Shown in pieces: positions 40,101 through 51,892 of a stretch of DNA of 64,000 nucleotides; within the stretch, counting starts at the first letter, position 1, and each line of letters opens with the position of its first letter. Under the pieces are notes generated by a model that was given only the letters and a program-made list of their open reading frames with translations, did not search any database and was not told the DNA's origin. Origin of the DNA: Klebsormidium nitens (taxonomy: Eukaryota > Plantae > Klebsormidiophyceae); assembly GCA_000708835.1 (NCBI GenBank), contig DF236987.1:1-64000 (forward strand). The letters are read 5' to 3'. A program made the position numbers and the translations under genes.

Positions 40101-43100
40101 CGGAGCAGTCGTTCCAGATAAGCGGAGGCTTTTCCTTCGTAGACACCGGAATTGTAACTCCTCATGAAAACGAACAGGAGAAAGTCAACTCCCGAATCTG
40201 CAACTCTACACCGCATCGCTCAGGGTGAGTATCAGAAGGCAACTTTCTCCATAGTCGCAGCCGGTATCCTCAGCTTCGGGACATTTTGAAACCCAAACAG
40301 TCATTGTATCCAGAAGAGGACAAGCGAGAACTGCTCACTTTGCCAGTCCCCGCCAACGTGCCGCCAGTTCCAATCGCGCACACAAAGCCGTCAACCTTTC
40401 CCTCAGTTTGCGCCCAGATCTCGGGGCCTGCAGAGATACGAAGGTGCGGTTCGTACGAATTTTCTATCCATAACCAAGTCATCGAGAGTCAAGAGAACAT
40501 GCTCCAATCGCTGTCGAAGGGATTAAACCCAAGAGCAACTCCGAACTTAACGAGAATCAAAAAAGGGTTATAGCGTACCTGTTGTCTCATAGTGGGCTTG
40601 TCTGTTGGCCTTGTTGTCGAACTGATTCGCCCAGATTGCCCCCCCGGGGTTCGTCTGCCGAGTTAGAAAAGGAGGCGAGCGTCGGTGGGCGCCAGAGGTT
40701 TTGCCGAATTTGAGCAATGCAGTAGTTATGTCATCCGGCCACGCGCTTTGGTCTCGTCCTCCACTTAGACTGCTCAAAGTACTTACAGGCTGGCCAGAGT
40801 GAAAAAATCTCTCGTGAATACGAGCAGCTAAATCAGGCACTTCGATGTGATATATCCTGTGGGGGAGGGCGACAAAGAAATCGACTTCGCCTCAAGGTTT
40901 TTTGGCGACCCCGTCCGGTTTAAGTCTAGCTTTCGGTTGCCCAGAAGATGAAATCGAAGTGTCAATACGCAATCAAACTCAAAGCAAGCCCCCACGACAA
41001 CCGCTTGGCTACTTGAGAGAGCCCCACTTCTCTAAATGCCTGACCTTTGCGAGGTGCTCTGCGAGCCTGCCCGAGTATTTGACGTAGTTGTTGGGGTTCT
41101 TGTAGGGTACAGCCGGGACCTGGACCAGCTCCGCGCCCGCGATCAACAGCATGTCCTTCTTCTCCTGCGCAGTAAAGGGCGATTCAAGGGCTTCAATGTC
41201 CGTCCTCTAAAATATATGAGCAGGCGAAAAGCCGATGTTTGTGGAGTCAACGGTTATGGAGCAGTCGACTTCACATGGGCATGCCTCTGTGTTTTAGCGA
41301 GGAGTGGGGCCTTGCGATTGCTCTCACGCTTGTGCGTGTCTATTGTGAACTGCGGAAAAGCTACCGGCTCTCGGGCTCGTGAGTCGCTTCCTTTCGAGTT
41401 CCAGAAAGCATTGAAAGGTAAGCTGATACCCTGCAGCCTTCACAAGCAGCACATCGTTCGAGCCGTATGCAGGCAAGGGGCAGTGTGATAAAGGGCCCAG
41501 ATGAAAGGTTACATTAACCCCGTCACTGAAGGTCCAAATGGCATCTGGAGGTCCAGGCCAGGACCGAGGGTCACGAAAAGCGATACGTCCGGCTAAGAAA
41601 CAAAAGGCATGTGCTCCTTCGTTATGAGAACCCCCGCAAAGCCCAGAACCCAGGCAAGAAAAGCCGCAAAGCACACCTGACTTTGTGTCTTGGGAATGAC
41701 AATGACGGTTTTGTAGCCCCTGGCATTAGCCACGAGCGCCAGGCCGATACCCGTGTTTCCTGCGGTGCCTTCAACGATGATACCCCCGGGCTTGAGCAGA
41801 CCCCTCTCCTCAGCGTCTTTGATCAGGTACAGAGCCGCTCGGTCCTTGACGGAGCTCCCGGGGTTCAGGAACTCGGCCTGTGTCAAGCAACGAGGATGGG
41901 GAATAAACTCTGTGGTTTTTGGACCGGGGGATTGCCTCTTGAAGCATTTGACAGGGCCACCGCAGGTGGTCTGGTAGGATGATTCTTGGTTGGTTGGAGG
42001 CATCCTCAGGTGTATTGAAAAGTCGAGAGATAGGATTGAGCTGTACTAGTTACACTCATGATAACACACAGATACCAACACTGCCTTGTCTTTGCTGTCG
42101 CGGGCAAAGTAGCCCCTCTGGCTGGTTGGCATATTGCTCACAATCGGAAGGCGGGAAAGACAAAGAGGGTATTCAACGTCCCGATCGCTTTTGATTGAAA
42201 AGTTGACAGACTTTAAGACGATCCTTTGACCGTCATGTTTCTTGAAGTAAAAACCAAAAGGCTTCTGAGAGTGCATATGGCCTGACGAGGACGCTCTTCT
42301 CACCTTCCCATAGATTTCGCATCCGGTCATCTCGGACGCGCGCTTTAGACGGATGAGGGGCGTGTTGCCAATCTGTGCAACAGAGGGGGGTTTATGGACG
42401 AGTACCCAGCTAATGCTGTTAATCATGTCATGCAAGTCTGCACATCTCAATTCGCATCGTGCAAACCAACTATGGATGCCAACGAGTGACCTGTCCAAAA
42501 CTGGAGAGTCTACTTTGATTGCAGCCTTCAGTTGGTCGATACTCATCATACAAGAATTGGGAGTCAAAGAGTGGTGTCGCCTGTAACAGGAGTGGTTGAG
42601 CAGCAACAACTTACGGCATCAAGAAACCCCTGCCGTACACCCAAGTCGCCAACGAATGGCTTTGCAGCCCCTGGCTTGAAACGCTTGTCATCCTGTGTAG
42701 ATTGTAGAAAATTCGAAAGGAGTTAGTGAGTTACATCAGAAGGATGCTGGCACAGATACTAGCATTCGAAGGGCAAACAGAACATGCAAGGCTTCACAAT
42801 ACTTGCCCCAAAAGTCAATGCTGCTTCTTCCGAGGAAAGTCTTGAAAGGGTCCATCACAAGAAGCCCGCTGCAAGCAAGTGCAGTTTAGCAATCCCCTGG
42901 AACTTGTTGATTCAGCAATAGTCACGTTAGATATGAGGGCTTTGATTTGGAAGTGAGCTCAATTGCCAAGAGCAGCAATAGACCAAACCCACTAGCATGA
43001 CATCAACTCACATGCATCTTGGTCACGCTCTCTGATGCCACTGTGCTCGTCATTCTCGGTGATTGGCGATGCTTCCCAGACACTCCCAATGAATGCCGCT

Positions 43101-43236
43101 TTCGGAAGTCAAAGTGATTGCCTCTGAGAAACCCGCCAGTCAGACAATTGCGCAACGGACTCCCCAGCGATCGCAAAGGCCCGGCCGATGAGAGGGGACG
43201 TACGAGACACAGTTGAGTGCCAGTGACAGCTTGCAT
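37191..43236 (-). CDS. cysK: Cysteine synthase / O-acetylserine (thiol)lyase, bacterial-fungal CysK-like type, with organellar transit peptide, 11 exons
   Basis: Exons 43236-43012, 42692-42615, 42372-42304, 41877-41677, 41164-41045, 40654-40579, 40427-40339, 39846-39739, 39164-39069, 38184-38094, 37390-37191. Motifs [25 protein letters not shown] (PLP lysine), [33 protein letters not shown]. Confidence 0.94.
37906..38015 (-). repeat. About 110-bp dispersed intronic element, copy A (inverted relative to copy B)
   Basis: Its reverse complement aligns end to end with 39260-39369 (GACTAA...GCACCCG..CCACCCTAA..CCCCAAACTAA.CTCACCCGTCC...GGCCCTTA), roughly three-quarters identical by eye. Confidence 0.85.
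39260..39369 (+). repeat. About 110-bp dispersed intronic element, copy B
   Basis: Aligns to copy A in inverted orientation. Shares the exact 25-mer GCTCCGCACCCGTACCCACCCTAAA (39289-39313) with 45868-45892. Confidence 0.85.
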
Positions 43237-43399
43237 TGAGCTGCACCTCTCTAGCTGACTGTCAACCAACGGAATATTGTGCAAACCGGCTTGCTCTTTC
43301 TGGCTTGAAAATAAGCTTTTATATGTAGCAACTGAGCAAGAATTCTGCACGATCTTCAGACTTCAGGGGCCAATTTTGCCAGGGCAGATGCTTCCCTTC

Positions 43400-43426
43400 T
43401 GAATTAGGGTTGAAAACCCTAATTCA
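43400..43426. promoter_or_regulatory. Perfect inverted repeat of telo-box-like half sites in the 250-bp cysK/TRM10 bidirectional promoter
   Basis: TGAATTAGGGTT-GAA-AACCCTAATTCA: 12-bp arms (43400-43411 and 43415-43426) with a 3-nt spacer. Contains AAACCCTA at 43414-43421. Confidence 0.7.
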
Positions 43427-43486
43427 AGAACCCTCCATTTGACTGGTAAATTCTGCTTTGCAACTTTGGCCCAGGGTCCGGCAGGA

Positions 43487-46400
43487 ATGGCGTCCGTGGC
43501 TGTGAAAACTCCGGTGGTGCAGGCTAGCGAACAGAGCCCCTTGGAAGGCATGCTGGGGGTCACTGATTTGGGTATGTTGGACCGGTCAGAAAGCCCCAAA
43601 GATGGGGTGGAAACGCAGGCGGAAGCGGGTGGTGCGGAAACTCCGAAGATGTCCAAGAATCAGCTGAAGAAGTTGAGGCGGAAGGAGAGAACGGAAGTGA
43701 AGAATGCATACAAGAGAGTGAAGGAGAAAGAGAAGAAGAAGGCGGTGGCGGAGGAGCGCAAGAATGCGACTCGCGAAATGCTGGCGGGCATGACCAAAGG
43801 TCCGTGTATAGTGGGCGGTCGATGGGAGCCAGTCCTTAGAAAGAAGTTCCGGCTGTCGAGCATAACAGCAGTCTGCGTCCAGGAATGGTCAATGTGATGG
43901 TGGTATGCAATGCTGCCAAGTAGACACTTCTGGTTGGCAAAATTGGAGCGGTTCCTAAATTGATTATTAAGTGGGGCGCCAAAGCTGGAATGCCACATTT
44001 GGATTTTGAGGTCACCAACATGAAAGTCAGTGGCTTTCGCCTGATCATTGGTGGTTGAAACCAATTTCACTGATAAGGTCATCTGTCGGCGCACATGCGC
44101 TGGGGATTCTCCCTTGTCTTTGAGAGTGAATTCTTGGGTTCCTGGGGCATAAATGCTATGCCATTCGTTGCTTGCCCCAACCTGCGTTTTCGTTTCTAAA
44201 GGGTCCTGAAGACAATTGACGGCATACTTGAAGTCATTTGTAAGCAATGGCTCACTTTGTGCTCCTAAAGAGCCCCCAATCCTGGGGATGACAAGTGGAG
44301 GCCTGATCCCGTATTCCCCATGCAGTCTTGAATAGTTCTTGAGGGTTGTTGCTTATCTTGGCAATGCTCTTTCGACTACTGTCCTCTTTTCACGATCTTT
44401 GTGTACTCTTCTGGAACAATCGACTCACAGCAGCAACAGTGACCCCGTCCCTCAAAGGGTCAGCAGGTTCCCTGCTATTGGCTCGTGACTTTTCAAGCGG
44501 GATTGTTTGCCTGAGTAAAGGATATCAGATGTTGAAGTCGATACTTATATGTCTTTGTTTTGTAGAGGAAAAGCACGCGGAGCTACAGCGGCGGAAAGAG
44601 GGGCGCATCCAAAGGGTGCGGGAGAAGGAGCAGCGCAAGGTGCGGCAGAGGGACGCGTTACAGGGAGGGGCGGACCTCGTCATCGATCTAGAGTTTGGGG
44701 ACCTCATGGAACCACATGTGAGCAGCTTTGAGCCCCGCGCTGTTGCAAGAATCAGTGGAACCTCGGCCAGAATTGGCAGTGTGAGGCAATGATCTTGCTT
44801 TTGTCATTCACAATGTTGGCAACAGGCACGAGGAAGAATGCTCTAAGTGGAATCTGTTTTGCCAAAACGCGAGGGAGTTCTAGGACATCCTAGTAGCTCA
44901 GTCCAACCTCCTAAGTGGTTAGCAGATCCCCTGAGCCACACAATGTGTTGATGACGTCAAGGGCAGACATTTGAAAGAGCAGATTGGCCATTGAAGTGGG
45001 GAACGATTCGAATGGATTGCCCTGATTCGAGCAGGAAAGTTGTGGATCCTTTAAGGGACGGGTTTGACGCCACTTGTAGAACGATCCAAGGCTTTGATAT
45101 CTTGAATCGCATGTTTCTGTATTTCGTTGCAGGAGCGCAAGTCGCTGATGCAGCAGCTGATGTACAGCTACAACCGCAACAGCCAGGGCGCGCAGCCCTT
45201 CCGGCTGTGCCTCACCGGGGTGACGGGCGCGATGAAGGAACAAGTGCACGGCATCTGCGGCTTCAACAATTGGCTGGTCAGTCTGCGGATGGTGCTCCGT
45301 TTCCTGCCCTTTAGCAATTTCGGTCTCTAGGTTTAATGCCACTAGGACATTGAGTTGTACGGGACAGAAGTTCCTTCGAGATTGCAGAAAAGGGCCGATC
45401 ATCAAGCGGGAAGCGATGGCCAGCCGAACTTCGTTCGGGTGTCTGTCATTAGAGTTCGAATGATCTCTGCAAAGTAAAAGTGATTATCCTTCTCATTGTA
45501 TCAAAGTAGGCTCAGTCAAGTCCGCTCACCTTATCGGAAGACCTTGTCAAGGAAGGCAACAACGAACGAGAACGGCTTGGGATTCTCGGGCAACTTACGA
45601 GGCCCGAATCAAAGATGGCGTAGCTTAGCGAGCAGCTACGCCCGCTTCGAGAAAACAGCGTGCCAAAAGTGACGACACGAGGTCCTCTGTGTTCTGAGGT
45701 AATGATTCGATCACCAGAAGTTGCTGATTCGGCTTTAGGCCCGTGGTCGAGTTTTGGGTCTTCAAAGTCTCAACTTCAAAGCTGCATGTCTCGTCAATCT
45801 GGTACGGTAAGCTCTAGCCTTAGTAAGCTCCTTCTTTGACACAATTTCCTAATCCTCAAAACCACCCGCTCCGCACCCGTACCCACCCTAAAACCTCAAA
45901 GTAACCCCACCCGTCCCAAACTGGTCAGCTGACTACGTCTAAAGGTTACTAGACCTAAGTTGGGACTTTATCGAAGCTGCGGCACAGACCTGTAATGCTC
46001 CTCGCAGGTGGTCAGCGAGGAGCGGTCGTATCTGGAGCGGTTTGCAGACCGGACGTCGGACCTGGTGTACCTGACGGCAGATGCGGACGACACGATCCAG
46101 GAACTAGATGCGGACAAGATTTACATCATTGGGGGGATCGTCGACAGGAACCGCCACAAGGTGGGCCGTCCGATGTCAATCTGTATGCTTTTGCGAAGAA
46201 AGGGCTACAAGCGAGCGCAGAGTCTGTCGCTTCAATTAGTCACTGAGGGACCTTTATAAGTGGAGCGTCGTCCTGGTCTACATTACAGATGGTCGGAAGG
46301 TAGTCGGCAACAGAATACGGTGGCCTTCGGATCTTCTTCGGGTGGTCCATTTGGATCATCGCGGTTTTACTGAGACTTGCCAAGGCTGCAAAGCTCAAAG

Positions 46401-47844
46401 ACGGGTAATCATCAGCAATAAATGCAAACCCCATCAGTCGAATCTGCAGAAAGACTCGCTCGCTTCTCTAAGCAAAAACGAAAACAAGTAATTGTCAAAC
46501 TCGCTCGTTCAAGGTCCCTGCCCCAGCACTACCAGCGGGACACGGCTCTCAGCGTCAAGGGCCTTTACCTGATGGGCCTGCAATAGTTGGGCTTAGCTTT
46601 CTTGTCGCTGTGTGCTGCAGCGGCTGACGTACGACAAGGCGAAGTCACAGGGCATTGCGATGGCTAAGCTGCCCATTGGCGAGCACCTGCGGCTGGCGTC
46701 GTCCAAAGTGCTCACCGTCAACCATGTGAGCGGGCAGCGTGCATCATATGCGCGATCGAGGCTTTGATGTGGAACTCGTTTTGACAGAAACACAATTGCT
46801 CGTCCCCGTTTCTTTTTCGGCGCAAATTCACGCTATTCGCATGTTGCAAAAGCGATTCACGAAATCATTGACGTGTCTTTAGAAAGACGAGGAAGAGCAG
46901 GCAAAGCACGGCGCTTACAATTCATCGGTTTCTTTGTTCCTGCCTTATCGAGGAACATCACGAGTACCTCGTATAAATCTAGATTCGACGACTTACTGCC
47001 GTACACAGCTTGCTCTTTTGGGACTGAGACGAGGTCTTTCCTGATACCACTGCTTTCGGCAAAGTCACTTCGTAGAGGTCTTTCAAGCGATCGCTTCTGG
47101 TTTGCGAAGCCAAGATTTTGGCCTGGGCTGTTAAGAGCCGGTAGATCTTTCTTGACGGCAAGGCTTTGAGGAGCACCGGCCACTGCGTCGTTCCCAGGGA
47201 CCGGCCAGACTAGGAGTGCTCCTTGGTTCCTTTATTTCTAGATAGTGTGAGGGATTTTGTCTCTCTCCCGTCTGCCAAGGACGCAACAGCTTGATGTACC
47301 GGTAATTGTCGCAGCTGACCAGCACCGAACCTGTTCTGTTTGCTCCACGCTTCCCGTTACGAAGTAAAAAGCTATAAAGTGACCCGAGGTACCTTTGTGT
47401 TCTGAACGAGGCGCTGAGCGAGCATTACGCTGCTTGTCGATGCAGGTGGTGGAGCTTTTGGTGCGGTATAAGGAGCTGAACGACTGGCAAAAGGCCCTGG
47501 AATTGGTGGTGCCCACCCGGAAAAGGGCGGGAGACGAGCAGGACAGGTTGGCAACAAGGCCGCGAGTAGAAAGCAGCGAAGAAGAAGGGGCCCGGAAAGA
47601 CGCGGATCCGGAAGCTGGGGGAGCAGAGGCAGTAGGTTCAGAATTGAAGGAAACCGCGAATGCGAGAGAAGAAAGTAGCCGTCTGGAAATGGTTCAGGAA
47701 GGTGCGACGTTGGAGCGCGTACATATGGTGCCTGGGGCAGGTTCAAATGGAGGCTTAGCAAACGGTGATTCAGACGGACGGGAGAAGGATGTCGAAGGGT
47801 TGACGTCAGACCAGTGCGAACACTTGAAAGACGAAGGTGTGTGA
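43487..47844 (+). CDS. TRM10: tRNA (guanine-9-N1)-methyltransferase Trm10 family (SPOUT), 6 exons
   Basis: Exons 43487-43799, 44566-44717, 45133-45276, 46008-46160, 46621-46725, 47446-47844. Motifs MSKNQLKK, LVIDLEFGDLM, KSLMQQLMYSY, LVYLTADA, IYIIGGIVDRNRHK, AKLPIG, VLTVNHV, DWQKALELVVPTRK. Confidence 0.94.
45855..45925 (+). repeat. Partial third copy (C) of the intronic element, in TRM10 intron 3
   Basis: Exact 25-mer at 45868-45892 shared with copy B, followed by a similar ...AAA.TAA.C.CACCCGTCCCA stretch. Confidence 0.8.
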
Positions 47845-48099
47845 CGCATATGTGGCCTCGATTGTAAGTTGCCTGTATCATTACCTCAGGTCGTCTGAGT
47901 ACTTCAAGGAAAGGCTTACACCGCTAGTGCTGAAACTGGATTGCATGAGGTTCTTGACAACATGATGATCTGCAGGCAGCGCTGCTGACGGTACTGAGCC
48001 GGCGCCTGGCACTTGCATGGCCGCTTGCTTGCCGGGCGGCCTGCCGTTGCCTGCACACAGGCATCGCCGCCCGGGCCTAGGATTGTAGGAGTTTTCTAA

Positions 48100-48920
48100 A
48101 ACATATGACACGCGAGCATGCACTTACATAGCTGCGATTCCGGACTCAGTGAGTATATGCATTGAATTTTCTGACTGCAACGGTAGTCTAGAATGACTAC
48201 TTATATATACATGTCACATATATACGTGCCCCAGCTAGCTCCGCTTACGGGTATGTGCCTACCGTATGCACATGATAGCATCGGCCACTGGCATGCTAAT
48301 ATCATGCGCAGGCAGTACGTAAATATACGTGCTTGAAGCAGAGGTGTGAACTTTGCAGGCGGCCGGCTCAGTGCAGACGCGCGCACGGTCGAAATAATGA
48401 TGCACCATATCTTCAATTTAACGAAAGCTCAAATTCTCAAGATTGTGAACGATTGTCCGCCAATTGTACTTCAAACTAACTCTGCAACTGCCGAGATCGC
48501 GCGAGCGTGCCATTCAACACACCTCTATATTCATCATGGAAATGTTGATTCTGCCACTTGGCCAACCAACGTACCGCCAAAGAAATTGACAATTGACAAT
48601 TGCGGCTGCCTCAAGTCGCAATTAGAATGCGCAAAAAGGCAAAGTCTGGATAAGATTATGCCACCGTCGACAACGTCCACGTTTACAGCTGGCAACAACG
48701 TTCAGTGGCAGCACTATATACTATTGCAAAGAAACAAACTATGTCACCAGTCAAGCATTGCAACCTAAGTTATCGATCCTATAGACCAGATGTCGAGGCT
48801 GCTCAACCTACACCGCATCAGAACATATACATACATGCCCAGTCGAGAACTGGTCACTGCTTTGTCACAGTGACCACAAGTCTGCCGGCCTAAAGCCTAA
48901 CGTGCTTCAACAGCTTTCGA
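48100..48920. other. Convergent-junction spacer block 5; boundaries approximate
   Basis: RY tracts at 48202-48214 and 48215-48229 (28 nt with one break), CGCGCGCACG near 48378, GGCGGCCGGC near 48358. Confidence 0.65.
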
Positions 48921-48956
48921 TACAGAGTGGTGCATCTATTTCCTCCCATCACGGAA

Positions 48957-51152
48957 TCAAGCAGCCTTCGCCTTTGTCGGGTGTGCCGGGAATTGCTGCA
49001 ATAAGATGGATCCCAGTCAGAACAATAACAAGAAGTTGTCTCTTATCAAGATGCCGACTGGACCAGCACCCAGTCGGTGATTTGACTCGATGCTTTGCAC
49101 TCCGATCATTGCACAAACCGGAGCCAAATCCTGCCAGAAATTAGGGCACTGGAAAGTTACACCGGCTCAGTCTCCAAGCGCCGCCGCGACCAATGATCGC
49201 ATCATCTGACTTGCCTAACAGATTACGTTTCTCAACCGAGTTTCAGCAAGCCGAGAAGCATCACATACGAAGAGTCCCTTTGAAGGGTCCCCATGACTAC
49301 GTTCTTGGACGGCTTACCTGATAGCACGCAATCAGGGACGTTATAAGGCCCAGCGTTCCTGTCATTCTGGGTGTGACAGTCTCTGGCGCCAGACCCACGA
49401 GGCCAATCCCCACCACAGTGTCCAGGTTGGACCGGATGAGTGCGATCATCCTGGCCTTGATCTTCTCAGCGTCAGCGGCCTTCTCAGCTTCCTGGACAGA
49501 CAAGCTCGCAAGTATTTACAATTAGTCCACGAGTGAGCAATGATTCAGCCGAACAGATCGTCCTGCACTACAGGTTGTCACCGCAGACACTCCAAGACGC
49601 CTTCCTGAGAGTTGTAGCTGTTGACAAAAGACCTCAGAGATCAACGGCCAATCTATGTACAACCTCACGTGCCAGGCTCCAGAAAGAAACCTCACGATTC
49701 TATCAGTGGGCCAGCAGAGGAAGTCCTCCCTGGGTGCAACTTCCCAGAAGCTAGAAGGCTGCCATGAAAACTTACATCTGCCGCACCGTCGACCAGTCCA
49801 CTCTTCTTCCGCTCCTTCGCTGAGATCCGTGAAATCTCTGCAATCTGCAGCATTCGAGCAGCCGCATAATCAGGACTCACTGATATCCTCGCTACCCCCA
49901 CTGTGACAGCAACTTACATTTGGGGTATGCGTTCAAAACGCGCCCTGCAGAGCCACAATTTGATGCGAACGAACCACACAATAAAAACGCTCTATGATTG
50001 TACTACTGGATCTAACAAGGTCATTCAAATGGATTGCCCTGTTGAACGCATCTCTTCAGTAGCTGCAAGGTGCAGACTGCCGCGGGGCTCTTACCTCAAT
50101 GATGGCGGACACGACAGTACTGACGGTCCAGCAGTAGAGAGACACTTTCGAGAGCAGCTCTGTCTTTTCCTTGTTCTTGTAGATGTTGGAGCGACCGAAC
50201 CAGACAAAGGAATCTGGAAGATTATCAAAGCAGTGTGTCACCATCCTCACAGTCAGCATGACCGAAAAGACAGCCATAACACCAAGTCGTCGATAATTGT
50301 ACCATTTGGACGTGCAGAAGGGTGCCCAGGCAAGGAAGCGACGTGCAAAATCAGGCAGCCTTGAAACCTCCTGTGAATCTTGCTTCTGAGCTTCTAAGCG
50401 AGCAAGTCACTTACCCAGTGAAAAGTAGCCAAAGAGGAGGGCATGCTTAATCTGCGGGGAAAATAAGGAGAAAAGCATAAATATTACCACGATATGTACA
50501 AGGCAAAAGGAGGTGGGAGACCGTAAAACGACTTTCTTCAGAATGGTTCAAAGCGAAGCCCAAGCCAAATGGGGCTCATCCTCCACCAGTCTCGTCTACA
50601 TTCACGAGGCTTACCTTTGTCAACACCACAATAGGCAGTGGCGAATCCTTTGGAGCTGGAGTCAAGAGGACTTGCACGTCGTTCAAGAACTGCAAGAGAG
50701 ATGCAAGCAGGAGCTCAGTTTTAGCAGGTTGCTCCAATTGAGCGAATATATTCAGCTGCTGGGGGGAATCAGCAAGAGCAAGGCAAAAGAGGAGTCTCTC
50801 AGAATCAGCACAGCAACAGATGGAAATAGTGCACCCTGGGGCTGCCATTTATTTTTTTCAAGAAAGTCACTCTTTCTCTCGTGAACACCCTTTCTCTTGC
50901 CGGAAGGGAATGTTAACTGCTCCAATCCCCATTAATTGAACTCCTGCACAGGCAACTCACCTTTGCCAACCTGAAAACTTTCCTCGCCTGGCTTGTATTC
51001 TTCTCAATACCCTGTGCAATCCCAGGCTGACCGCCTGAAATAGCTTTTGACCCGTACTGGATAGCTCGGCAAATCTTGTCACGAGTTTCTGCCTTGCTCA
51101 AGTACAGCGCAAGCAGAGCAAGCTCCGCACGTGTAACATCAAGGACCGCCAT
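48957..51152 (-). CDS. PEX11: Peroxisomal membrane protein PEX11 (plant PEX11c/d/e-like), 7 exons
   Basis: Exons 51152-50961, 50689-50615, 50451-50415, 50213-50095, 49844-49776, 49491-49318, 48995-48957. Motifs LALYLSKAETRDKICRAIQYGSK, TSQARKVFRLAKFLND, FVWFGRSNIYKNKE, VTPRMTGTLGLITSLIACYQ. Confidence 0.92.
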
Positions 51153-51892
51153 ATTTCTTATCCCGAGTTTCCCTAGAAGTAGATGCCCCCTGCCTAGCTC
51201 TTCAAACACCAATGTATGCTAATGCCTGAAAGTTAAGTGTTGACCACTTTGGCAAGTATGGCGTTCAGCGGTGGCCGTTTGACTTGGACGCACCTACAGG
51301 CCAATTGAGGTCAATCTCCCAAGCAGAGACTTCTCTGATGCTATACTGGTCTTGCCTCCTGCACATTCCAATGCAAGGTTGAGAACAGCTTTCTGAAGAT
51401 ACTTGCTGTTTTAAAAGCTCATCAAAGAAGGCTCAACGAACGCAGACATTTGCAACACACTGCGGAAGTGACGAGAATGTTGAGATGGATCGGTTCCAAA
51501 ACGAGCAACAAAATCCTGCAATTTTCTGGCCGCATGTCTCAACCTCAGAACTGCACTTATTGGCGAGCGGAGCACGTGCGTCGGCTGAATGCAGCGCCAC
51601 ACGCAACTGCCTTAATGCTGATACATATGCCTCGCAGAGGCTCTGCACGAAACTCACCCGGCCTTTGGCCCCTTTACAGGCGTCCTGCTTCCTTCACACA
51701 CCCCTTCCTTCTCTTCAAATTTCTGGGGTGGCTGACTGTGCTAGGTTGCATCACCAGCAGCCTGCATGAATGAAAGGCGCCCCAGTCGGAAATCCAGCTC
51801 ACGTACAGTCAGCACAACTAGAGGTGCGCTGAAATTCATGGAAATTTATTTAGGTTATATGTTTACGGTGGCGACCTCCTGCACATCCAGTC

